Assembly (NCBI GenBank): GCA_040389445.1
Contig: JAZJZX010000002.1
Coordinates: 256,102-320,101, forward strand
Length of the DNA: 64,000 nucleotides
Direction of reading: 5' to 3'
From: Chloroflexota bacterium
Lineage (GTDB): Bacteria > Chloroflexota > Limnocylindria > Limnocylindrales > CSP1-4
Numbering within the stretch: the stretch's first letter is position 1; each line of letters starts with the position of its first letter. The notes under the pieces were generated by a model. That model made no database searches and was not told the DNA's origin. It was given only the letters and a program-made list of their open reading frames with translations. The position numbers and the translations under genes are program-made. Below are positions 10,964-19,532 of the stretch, one piece after another.

Positions 10964-11953
10964 ATGGCTCGTCGGCCGGACCCCGGCGGCCTCGAAGGGG
11001 TCCTCATCGTTGCCAAGCCGGCTGGTCCGACGTCGCACGACGTTGTGGCGCTGGTCCGCCGCTTGAGCGGGACGCGACGCATCGGCCATGGCGGCACACT
11101 GGACCCCTTCGCGTCCGGCGTCCTGCCGCTGTATCTCGGGGGAGCGACGCGCCTCGTCGAGTACCACCTCGGAGACCGCAAGCGGTATCGCGCCACCGTC
11201 TGCTTCGCGGCGTCCTCGACCACGGACGATCTCGACGGTGAATTGACGCCGGTGGCCGGTCCCATCCTCGAATCGGCAGCGGTGTCGGCTGCGCTTGCGG
11301 CATTTCGCGGTGAGATCAGCCAACGGCCACCCGTCTACTCGGCCATCCAGGTCGGTGGACGCCGTGCGTACGCCCTGGCCCGTCAAGGTGCTCCGCAGAA
11401 TCTGCCGGAGCGCGTGGTGACGATCCATGCGCTCGACCTCATCGCGTGGAATGCCGATGATCCGGCCCGACCGATCGCGATCCTGGACGTGGCCTGCTCT
11501 GCGGGAACCTACGTTCGCGCGCTGGCCCGCGATCTCGGGGCCGCCGTCGGCAGCGCCGCGTACCTTGGGGCGCTCATCAGAACGGCAAGTGGCCCCTTTG
11601 AACTCGGCCGAGCGGTGACCCTTGAGCAGTTGCGCGCGGCGGCGGTCGATGGCCCGGAAGGACTGGCCCCCCTGCTGCTGCCGTCCGATGCCGGCCTCGA
11701 CTCGCTCCCGGCGGTTCGCCTCACGGCGCCGGAGATCCGCGATGCGGCCATGGGTCGGTTCGTCCGGCCGGAGGCCGGCGTGACAGGCCTGCCTTCGGAC
11801 GCACCACTCCGGTTGGTGGATGAAGGAAACCGGATCGTGGGGATCGGCGTACTTGATGGACGTCGGATCGCCCCGTCGAAGATGCTGAGCGGGGTCCATG
11901 CAGCATCGGACGATCCCGAGCCGGCCGGGCCGGAAGTCGGACATCCTGCATGA
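10964..11953 (+). CDS. truB: tRNA pseudouridine(55) synthase
   Basis: GVLIVAKPAGPTSHDVV ... GHGGTLDPFASGVLPLYLG catalytic Asp motif; C-terminal PUA-like region. Confidence 0.9.
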   Translation: MARRPDPGGLEGVLIVAKPAGPTSHDVVALVRRLSGTRRIGHGGTLDPFASGVLPLYLGGATRLVEYHLGDRKRYRATVCFAASSTTDDLDGELTPVAGPILESAAVSAALAAFRGEISQRPPVYSAIQVGGRRAYALARQGAPQNLPERVVTIHALDLIAWNADDPARPIAILDVACSAGTYVRALARDLGAAVGSAAYLGALIRTASGPFELGRAVTLEQLRAAAVDGPEGLAPLLLPSDAGLDSLPAVRLTAPEIRDAAMGRFVRPEAGVTGLPSDAPLRLVDEGNRIVGIGVLDGRRIAPSKMLSGVHAASDDPEPAGPEVGHPA

Positions 11954-12798
11954 CTGAGCCACGGCGGAACCATCCCGATGTCGTGCACGGCATCGATGCC
12001 CTCGGTCGCGAACACGGGCGGCTGTTCGTGGTGGTCGGGGTATTCGATGGATTGCACCTGGGGCACCTGTACCTGCTGCGGCACCTGCAGGCAGCCGCCG
12101 CGTCCCACGCCGCACGCTCCGCGGTCATCACCTTCGATCATCATCCGGACGAAATCCTCATCGGCGCGGCTCCGCCGCTCCTGTGCGACCCGGAGGAGCG
12201 TCTCGACCTGCTCGCCGGCGCCGGCGTCGCCGTGACCGTCGTGCAGACCTTCGATTCTGCTCTTCGCATGACGAGTTACGACGCATTCATTCGACGAATC
12301 GCCGATCGCGTCGACCTGGCCGGGTTCCTCATGACGCCCGATGCGGCGTTTGGGCACGAGCGCCGCGGGACTGCGGAGAGCGTGGCCGACCTTGGCCGCT
12401 CGCTCGGCTACGACGTCGTCGTGGTTCCGCCGATGCAACTCGCCGGCCGGCCGGTGCGAAGTGCCGAGATCCGCGCTGCGATCGAGGCAGGCAACATTGA
12501 CGCGGCATCCACGATGCTCGGACGGCCCTACGCGGTCGCCGGATTTGCCGACCGCGCCGACGGGCGGGGTCAGGTCGTGCACTTCCCGATGCCGGTCGCG
12601 CTTCCGCCGGCAGGGGAGTACCCCGTGGCCGTGCAACCGAGCGCGGGCGGTCCAGCCGTCTCCGGCGAGTTCACCGCCGTCGTCCGGCCGGACGGTACGA
12701 TCGAGCTGCCGACGGACGCCGTCAACCCGGCCCCGAACCGCATCCGTGTCACGTTCCGTGGCCGTGGCCCGAGCCCGATGGCCATGGATGGTGACTGA
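11950..12798 (+). CDS. ribF: FAD synthetase (FMN adenylyltransferase) with shortened, degenerate riboflavin-kinase-like C-terminal domain
   Basis: N-terminal nucleotidyltransferase motif (VVGVFDGLHLGHLYLL). The C-terminal roughly 95 aa start with LGRPY but lack the canonical PTAN motif and the distal half of the RFK domain. Confidence 0.75.
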   Translation: MTEPRRNHPDVVHGIDALGREHGRLFVVVGVFDGLHLGHLYLLRHLQAAAASHAARSAVITFDHHPDEILIGAAPPLLCDPEERLDLLAGAGVAVTVVQTFDSALRMTSYDAFIRRIADRVDLAGFLMTPDAAFGHERRGTAESVADLGRSLGYDVVVVPPMQLAGRPVRSAEIRAAIEAGNIDAASTMLGRPYAVAGFADRADGRGQVVHFPMPVALPPAGEYPVAVQPSAGGPAVSGEFTAVVRPDGTIELPTDAVNPAPNRIRVTFRGRGPSPMAMDGD

Positions 12799-12891
12799 CA
12801 CCCGTGTTGCCCGATGTGATCCTTCCTGCTACCATCCATCGGTCATAGTGCATTGGAACGCATACAGTCACGTTCGCTTTCGGAGGAACGA

Positions 12892-13161
12892 GTGCCGCTC
12901 GCGCGGGATGAAAAGCAGGAGATCATGACCGGGTTTGCCGTCAAGGACGGCGATACCGGATCACCGGAAGTCCAGGTCGCGCTCCTCACCGGGCGGATCA
13001 CGGACCTCACGGAGCATCTTCGGAGCTTTCCCAAGGACAACCATTCGCGCCGCGGCCTCCTCAAGCTCGTCGGCCAGCGCCGTCGCCTTCTCGCCTATCT
13101 CGTGAAGAAGGACAACACGCGCTACCGCGCCGTCATCGCACGGCTCGGACTCCGCCGCTAG
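12892..13161 (+). CDS. rpsO: 30S ribosomal protein S15
   Basis: S15 sequence (…[24 protein letters not shown]…[18 protein letters not shown]…); GTG 12892 preceded by GGAGGA; upstream of pnp as usual. Confidence 0.9.
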   Translation: MPLARDEKQEIMTGFAVKDGDTGSPEVQVALLTGRITDLTEHLRSFPKDNHSRRGLLKLVGQRRRLLAYLVKKDNTRYRAVIARLGLRR

Positions 13162-13278
13162 CGCCACGCCGCATCTGATCCCGGGCTCACCGGGGTCGCG
13201 CGCATCGGGCGCCCGTCGGATCGACGCAGCCAGGAAACCCTCGTCGCCTCCTCCGCGAACCAGGAGGAACACCACCCC

Positions 13279-15861
13279 GTGTCCACAACCCTTGAGACCC
13301 AGATCGGCGGTCGAACACTGACCCTCGAGACGGGCAAGCTCGCTCGCCTCGCCGGCGGCGCGGTCACCATCCGCTACGGCGACACCATGGTGCTCGGCAC
13401 CGCCAACCGCTCCGACCCGCGGCCGGGCCTCGATTTCTTCCCGCTGACGGTTGAATTCGAAGAGCGAATGTACGCCGCGGGCAAGATTCCCGGCGGTTTC
13501 ATCAAGCGCGAGGCGCGGGCGTCCGAGGCCGCGACGCTCGCCGCCCGCCTGACCGACCGGCCGATCCGCCCCCTCTTCCCCGAGGGCTACAAGGACGACA
13601 TCCAGCTCGTGATCACCGTCCTCTCGACCGATCAGGAGAACGAGCCTGACGTCATCGGAACCGTGGCCGCGTCGGCGGCGCTGACCATCAGCGAGATTCC
13701 GTTCAACGGCCCAGTGGGCGCGGTGCGCATCGGTCGGATCGACGGTGCGTTCGTGGTCAACCCGACCTTCAGCCAGCTGGCCGACTCGGAGCTCGACCTC
13801 ATCGTGTCAGGCACCCGTGACGCGATCATGATGGTCGAGGCCGGTGCCAAGTTGCTTCCCGAGGACGTCATGGCCGAGGCCATCCTCTTCGGGCACAAGG
13901 CGCTCCAGCCCCTCATCGACATCCAGGAGGAGTTGCAGAAGCTCGTCGGCAAGGCCAAGAGCACGCCGTTCCTTGAAGCCGGCACGGCGTCCGTGCTCGA
14001 GTTCGGAAGAGCCGTCGAGGCGGGCGAGGAATTCGTCGTCGTCGACGTCGAGACCACCGGCACCGACCCGAAGATGGCTGATCTCGTGGAGATCGCCGCG
14101 GTCAAGGTCAAGGGCGGCAAGATCACCGATCGGTGGTCCACGCTCGTGAACCCCGGCCGTTCCATCGTCGGCAACCAGATGCACGGCATCAAGGACGCGG
14201 ACATCAAGAAGGCGCCGAGCCCCTCGGAAGCCGCGAAGCAGGCCATCAAGTTCATCGGCAAATCCAAGGTCGTCGGCCACTCGGTCGGCTTTGACCTCGG
14301 TTTCCTCGAGGCGGCCCTCGCCGACGGGACGCATTTTGGGCCCGGCAGTTACCTCGACACGCTGACCATCGCTCGTGAGGGTTACCCGGACCTCGAGAAC
14401 TACAAGCTCGAGACCCTGTCACGCTTCTTCGGCATCGAGCTGGCCCAGGCGCACCGGGCAGGCCCCGATGCCGAGGCCACCGCGAACCTCCTGATCTGGT
14501 TCGGCAACGACCTCCCTGCTCGTCTCAAGGCGCTTCGCGAGGGGATCGCCGCCTCGATCCGCGCGACCCGCGGCGACGGCGACAGCAAGGCGATCGCGGA
14601 AGCCGCGCGCCGCGAGGCCCGCGTCAGCAAGAGCCTGTTCAGCCTGGTCAACAAGAAGGTCGCCCGCCAGATGGCCCTCGACGAGGGAATCCGGATGGAC
14701 GGTCGTGGCCTGACCGAACTGCGCCAGATCTCGGTTGACGTCGGCGTCCTGCCCCGAGCCCATGGTTCCGGCCTGTTCACCCGTGGTGAGACCCAGGTCC
14801 TCACGGTGGCGACCCTCGGGTCGTCCTCGGATGTCCAGCGGATCGACACGATCAGCCCGAAGACCGAGAAGAAATACATCCACCACTACAACTTCCCGCC
14901 CTACTCGACGGGTGAGAACAAGCCGATGCGTGGCCCCAGCCGGCGCGACATCGGGCACGGCAACCTGGCTGAGCGGGCGCTCATCCCGGTCCTCCCGACC
15001 CATGAGGACTTCCCGTACGTGATCCGGCTCGTGTCGGAGTGCCTGTCCTCCAATGGCTCGACGTCGATGGCCTCGACCTGCGGCTCGACCCTCGCCCTGA
15101 TGGACGCCGGTGTGCCGATCTCGGCCCCGGTCGCCGGTGCGGCGATGGGCCTCATCAGCGAGCCGGACGGCCGGTTCGTGGTCCTGACCGACATCCTCGG
15201 CAAGGAGGACTCGGTGGGTGACATGGACTTCAAGGTGACCGGGACGCGGGACGGCATCACCGCCCTGCAGATGGACATCAAGGTCCAGGGCATCAACGAG
15301 GCCATCATTCGCGGCGGCCTCAAGCAGGCCCTCGCGGCTCGTCTCGAGATCCTCGACAAGATGACCTCGGTCATGCCCGAAGCTCGTGGCCAGATGAGCG
15401 ACTTCGCGCCGCGCATCACCACGATCAAGATCAACCCGGAGAAGATCCGCGAGATCATCGGCAAGGGCGGATCGATGATCCGCAAGATCCAGGAAGAGAC
15501 CCAGACCGAGATCAACGTCGAGGACGACGGCACCGTGGAGATCGCCGCCGTGAGCGGCGAGAACTCGCGCAAGGCGATCCAGTGGATCGAAAGCCTCACC
15601 CGTGAGGTCGAAGTCGGCGCCCTGTACCTCGGCAAGGTCACCCGGATCATGGGCTTCGGTGCCTTCGTGGAGATCCTGCCCGGCAAGGAAGGCCTCGTTC
15701 GCATCGGCGAACTCGCCGACTACCACGTGCCGACCGTCGAGGACGTCGTGAGCGTCGGGGACGAGGTCATGGTCGTCGTGATCGAAGTCGATCGCCAGGG
15801 GCGGGTCAACCTGTCCCGCAAGGCGGCGATGCAGCGTCACCTGGCCAAGGATCCCGCCTGA
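13279..15861 (+). CDS. pnp: polyribonucleotide nucleotidyltransferase (PNPase) with a complete DEDDh/DnaQ-like 3-prime-5-prime exonuclease domain inserted between the two RNase PH domains
   Basis: RNase PH1 (aa 1-230), RNase PH2 (IRMDGRGLTELRQISVDVGVLPRAHGSGLFTRGETQ...), KH and S1 domains all present. Residues about 250-410 carry Exo I VVVDVETTG, Exo II GHSVGFDLGFL and Exo III HRAGPDAEATANL. Total 860 aa against a typical 700-740. Confidence 0.9.
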   Translation: MSTTLETQIGGRTLTLETGKLARLAGGAVTIRYGDTMVLGTANRSDPRPGLDFFPLTVEFEERMYAAGKIPGGFIKREARASEAATLAARLTDRPIRPLFPEGYKDDIQLVITVLSTDQENEPDVIGTVAASAALTISEIPFNGPVGAVRIGRIDGAFVVNPTFSQLADSELDLIVSGTRDAIMMVEAGAKLLPEDVMAEAILFGHKALQPLIDIQEELQKLVGKAKSTPFLEAGTASVLEFGRAVEAGEEFVVVDVETTGTDPKMADLVEIAAVKVKGGKITDRWSTLVNPGRSIVGNQMHGIKDADIKKAPSPSEAAKQAIKFIGKSKVVGHSVGFDLGFLEAALADGTHFGPGSYLDTLTIAREGYPDLENYKLETLSRFFGIELAQAHRAGPDAEATANLLIWFGNDLPARLKALREGIAASIRATRGDGDSKAIAEAARREARVSKSLFSLVNKKVARQMALDEGIRMDGRGLTELRQISVDVGVLPRAHGSGLFTRGETQVLTVATLGSSSDVQRIDTISPKTEKKYIHHYNFPPYSTGENKPMRGPSRRDIGHGNLAERALIPVLPTHEDFPYVIRLVSECLSSNGSTSMASTCGSTLALMDAGVPISAPVAGAAMGLISEPDGRFVVLTDILGKEDSVGDMDFKVTGTRDGITALQMDIKVQGINEAIIRGGLKQALAARLEILDKMTSVMPEARGQMSDFAPRITTIKINPEKIREIIGKGGSMIRKIQEETQTEINVEDDGTVEIAAVSGENSRKAIQWIESLTREVEVGALYLGKVTRIMGFGAFVEILPGKEGLVRIGELADYHVPTVEDVVSVGDEVMVVVIEVDRQGRVNLSRKAAMQRHLAKDPA

Positions 15862-15876
15862 TTCTCGGACGCACCC

Positions 15877-15910
15877 GGAGGCTCCCCGGCGACGGGTCGG
15901 GGAGCCCTCC
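15877..15910 (+). terminator. GC-rich hairpin 3-prime of pnp (12-bp stem with one bulge, 9-nt loop), no U-tract
   Basis: GGAGGCTCCCCG / CGGGGAGCCCTCC inverted repeat 16 nt after the pnp stop; possible terminator or processing site. Confidence 0.3.
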
Positions 15911-16034
15911 AGCCAGACGGCCGCGGGGGCCGCGGATCCCCGGACAACCTCGCCCCGCCCCGGGTCCCCGATGAGCCGCTGCTATACTCGGATCGTGCCC
16001 GCATGATCAGAATTCCCCGCGGAGCCATGCCCGG

Positions 16035-17105
16035 ATGAGCCACCGAGCCCCTCTCACCGTCGCGGTCGTCGGCGCCACCGGTGTCGTCGGCCGAACCATG
16101 GTCCAGGTCCTTGCCGAACGGAACTTTCCGATCGGCCAGTTGCGACTGCTCGCCTCCGGGCGGTCTGCCGGTCGTATGGTTTCGGCCGCCGGCCGGACAG
16201 TCGAGGTCGCGGAAGCCACCGCGGATGCCTTCGACGGTGTGGACATCGCCCTGTTCAGCGCCGGCGGCGATACGTCCACCGACCTCGCGCCCAAGGCGGT
16301 GGCTCGAGGCGCGACCGTCATCGACAACTCCTCGGCATGGCGAATGGACCCTGGGGTGCCGCTGGTGGTGAGCCAGGTCAATCCGGATGACCTCGCCTGG
16401 CATGACGGGATCATTGCCAACCCGAACTGTTCCACGATGCAGCTCGCGCCCCTGCTGATGGCCCTGCGCGACGCCGTCGGGATCGAGCGGGTGGTCGTCG
16501 ACACCTACCAGTCCGTATCCGGCACCGGCGCGGACGCCCTGGTGGAGCTGGAAACCCAGGTTCGAGCCCACGTGGCCGGAGAGTCGAAATCGGCCGTGGT
16601 CTACCCACACCCGATTGCGTTCAATGCGCTCCCGGAGATCGATGTCTTCATGCCCGACGGCTCCACGAAGGAAGAGTGGAAAGTCGTGGCGGAGAGCCGC
16701 AAGATCCTGCACCTGCCGGAGTTGCGCGTCGCCTGCACGGCCGTTCGGGTTCCGGTGTTCGTGAGCCACTCGGAAGCCGTTCATGTCGAGACCACGGCAC
16801 CCATCGACCCCGATCGTGCCCGCGCCTTGTTCGCGGCGGTGCCGGGAGTGATCGTCGAGGACGATCCGGCGCAGCATTCCTACCCGCTGGCCACGACCGC
16901 CGCCGGCCGGGACGACATCTTCGTCGGGCGCATCCGTCAGGACGCGTCGATCGCGGATGGGCGCGGGCTGTCGCTCTGGGTAGTCTCGGACAACCTGCGC
17001 AAGGGGGCGGCCACCAACGCCGTCGAGCTCGCCGAGGTCCTCGTGGAGCGGGGCTGGGTCCGGGCGGTCTCCCGGCGTGGCGATCGAGTCGAGGACCGCG
17101 CGTGA
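16035..17105 (+). CDS. asd: aspartate-semialdehyde dehydrogenase
   Basis: VAVVGATGVVG NAD(P) motif; active-site region NPNCSTMQLAPLL; Asd C-terminal domain. Confidence 0.9.
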   Translation: MSHRAPLTVAVVGATGVVGRTMVQVLAERNFPIGQLRLLASGRSAGRMVSAAGRTVEVAEATADAFDGVDIALFSAGGDTSTDLAPKAVARGATVIDNSSAWRMDPGVPLVVSQVNPDDLAWHDGIIANPNCSTMQLAPLLMALRDAVGIERVVVDTYQSVSGTGADALVELETQVRAHVAGESKSAVVYPHPIAFNALPEIDVFMPDGSTKEEWKVVAESRKILHLPELRVACTAVRVPVFVSHSEAVHVETTAPIDPDRARALFAAVPGVIVEDDPAQHSYPLATTAAGRDDIFVGRIRQDASIADGRGLSLWVVSDNLRKGAATNAVELAEVLVERGWVRAVSRRGDRVEDRA

Positions 17106-17830
17106 ATTCCGACGAGCGCCGATCGGCGCTCGAGGTCATCGCTGCCGAGGTCACCACGTGCACGCGCTGTCGTCTCCACGTGGCGCGGACCAGGGCCGTG
17201 CCTGGAGAGGGTCATCCGGACACGGAAGTCGTCTTCGTCGGGGAGGGACCCGGCATGAACGAGGATCGTGCCGGCCGTCCGTTCGTCGGGCGTGCCGGTG
17301 ACCTTCTGGTGCGTTTCCTGGGCATGATCGGCTGGAAGCGCGAGGAAGTCTTCATCACGAATGTCGTCAAGTGTCGGCCTCCGGACAATCGGGATCCCGA
17401 GCCGGACGAGATTGCCGCCTGCCTGCCGTACCTCCAGCGCCAGCTCGAGGTCATCGACCCCGCCCTCGTGGTGACCCTTGGGCGCCACTCGATGGCACGG
17501 TTCATTCCCGGCGCGAAGATCAGCCAGGTGCACGGAACCAGCCACGAGATTGATCGTGCGCTCGGGGCGGGCGACGCGATGGTCTACGCGATGTACCACC
17601 CGGCCGCGGCGCTGCGCTCGGCAGATGTCGAACGCCAGAGCTACGACGATGCAGCCGGCATTCCGGCGGCCCTGCTCGAAGCGCGACGCCGGCGCGAAGC
17701 GGCACGCTCGACCCTGACGACGGCCGTCCCCCGCGACCCCGAACCCGCGCCAACCGCCGTATCGTTGAGCGCGACAGTCCCTGGATCAACCACCATTGAT
17801 GCGGCGCCCGACGCGCCGACCCTCTTCTGA
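17102..17830 (+). CDS. uracil-DNA glycosylase, family 4 (4Fe-4S type)
   Basis: CTRCRLH ... GEGPG ... FVGRAGDLL ... ITNVVKCRPPDNRDP motifs; GTGA overlap with the asd stop. Confidence 0.8.
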   Translation: MNSDERRSALEVIAAEVTTCTRCRLHVARTRAVPGEGHPDTEVVFVGEGPGMNEDRAGRPFVGRAGDLLVRFLGMIGWKREEVFITNVVKCRPPDNRDPEPDEIAACLPYLQRQLEVIDPALVVTLGRHSMARFIPGAKISQVHGTSHEIDRALGAGDAMVYAMYHPAAALRSADVERQSYDDAAGIPAALLEARRRREAARSTLTTAVPRDPEPAPTAVSLSATVPGSTTIDAAPDAPTLF

Positions 17831-17844
17831 ACGGAACCACCAAC

Positions 17845-19530
17845 ATGCCCAAGCGCACCAGACCAGAACCAGAAGGAACGCCACTCCGGATCATCCCGCT
17901 CGGCGGGGTGGGGGAGATCGGCAAGAACATGTACGTGTTCGAGTACGGCGACGACATCATCGTCATCGACTGCGGCCTGATGTTCCCCGACGAGGAGATG
18001 TTCGGCATCGACCTCGTCATTCCCGACATCACCTATCTAAAGGAACGCCGCGCGAACGTCAAGGCGTTCGTGATCACCCACGCCCATGAGGACCACGTCG
18101 GCGCGCTGCCGTATGTGCTCCCGGAGTTCCCCGGCGTGCCCGTCTATGCGTCAAAGCTGGCGCGGGGACTGCTCGGCAACAAGGTCAAGGAGCACAAGCT
18201 CCACAACAACCCGCTCATCCCCCTCGAGCCCGGGGACGAGATCCAGATTGGACCGTTCGGCATCGCCCCGTTCCGTGTCGGTCACTCGATCCCGGACGCC
18301 ATGGGGATTGCCCTCCGCACCCCCGTCGGCATCGTGATCCACACGGGTGACTTCAAGTTCGACCACACCCCCGTCGACGGACGCCTGTCCGACTTCCATA
18401 TCCTCGCCCGGTTCGGGGAAGAGGGCGTCATCTGCCTCCTGTCCGACTCGACCCGCGCCGAGAATCCCGGCTACACGCCGTCCGAGCGGACCGTGGGGGA
18501 AGCGTTCCGGGAGATCATGGAGCCGCTCGACGGCCGGGTCATCGTGGCGACCTTTGCCAGCAACATCGCCCGCGTGCAGCAGGTCCTCGACGCGGCCGCC
18601 CAGTTCGACCGCAAGGTCAGCGTCATCGGCCGATCGATGGAACAGAACTTCCGGATTGCCACCGATCTGGGCTATCTCACCCACGAACCCGGGCGTATCG
18701 TGCCCAAGGACCGACTCAACGAAATCCCGGACGACCAGCTCGTGATCTGCACCACGGGTGCCCAGGGCGAGCCGATGGCCGGCCTGGCCCGCATGGCGAA
18801 CCGCGATCACCGGTTCGTGGAGATCCGCGCCGGCGACACCGTCATCGTGAGCGCCAGCCCGATCCCGGGCAACGAGGAATACGTCAGCCGGACGATCGAC
18901 AACCTCTTCAAGGCCGGCGCGAATGTCTTCTATCACACCATCAAGCGTGCCCATGTGTCCGGCCACGCCAGTCAGGAGGAGCTGAAGCTGATGCTCGGCC
19001 TGACCAAGCCGAAGCACTTCATCCCGATCCACGGCGAGTTCAGGATGCAGGTCCAGCACGGCCGCCTGGCCATTGAGACCGGTGTCCTGCCGGACAACGT
19101 GTTCATCATCGAGAACGGCCAGCCGATCGAGTTCCTCGCCGACGGGACGGCTCGACGGGCCGCGCCGGTTCCGGCCGGCTATGTCTTCGTGGACGGACTG
19201 TCCGTGGGCGAGGTCGGCGACGTGGTGCTCCGCGATCGTCGCGCGCTGGCCAACGACGGCATGTTCATGATCGTCGTCACCGTGGACAAGCAGCGCGGCA
19301 CCGTGATCGGCCGGCCGGAGATCATCACCCGCGGGTTCATCCACGGCGCGGAGCATGATCGAGTCGTCGAGGCCGCCGTCGAGCGGGTCATCGCGTCCGT
19401 GGAGACACCCGGCGACCACATCAGCGAGATCGCCCTGCTCAAGACCCAGATCAAGGACGGCGTGTCGCGGTATCTGTACGAGCAGACGAAGCGTCGCCCG
19501 ATGGTCTTCCCGGTGGTGGTCGAGGTCTGA
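17845..19530 (+). CDS. rnj: ribonuclease J (metallo-beta-lactamase / beta-CASP family)
   Basis: LRIIPLGGVGEIGKNMYVFEY ... ITHAHEDHVGALPY; beta-CASP and C-terminal domain; 561 aa. Confidence 0.9.
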   Translation: MPKRTRPEPEGTPLRIIPLGGVGEIGKNMYVFEYGDDIIVIDCGLMFPDEEMFGIDLVIPDITYLKERRANVKAFVITHAHEDHVGALPYVLPEFPGVPVYASKLARGLLGNKVKEHKLHNNPLIPLEPGDEIQIGPFGIAPFRVGHSIPDAMGIALRTPVGIVIHTGDFKFDHTPVDGRLSDFHILARFGEEGVICLLSDSTRAENPGYTPSERTVGEAFREIMEPLDGRVIVATFASNIARVQQVLDAAAQFDRKVSVIGRSMEQNFRIATDLGYLTHEPGRIVPKDRLNEIPDDQLVICTTGAQGEPMAGLARMANRDHRFVEIRAGDTVIVSASPIPGNEEYVSRTIDNLFKAGANVFYHTIKRAHVSGHASQEELKLMLGLTKPKHFIPIHGEFRMQVQHGRLAIETGVLPDNVFIIENGQPIEFLADGTARRAAPVPAGYVFVDGLSVGEVGDVVLRDRRALANDGMFMIVVTVDKQRGTVIGRPEIITRGFIHGAEHDRVVEAAVERVIASVETPGDHISEIALLKTQIKDGVSRYLYEQTKRRPMVFPVVVEV

Positions 19531-19532
19531 GC

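Noticed and set aside
14419-15840. 473-aa minus-strand ORF
   Set aside because: Antisense to pnp (RNase PH2/KH/S1 region); spurious.
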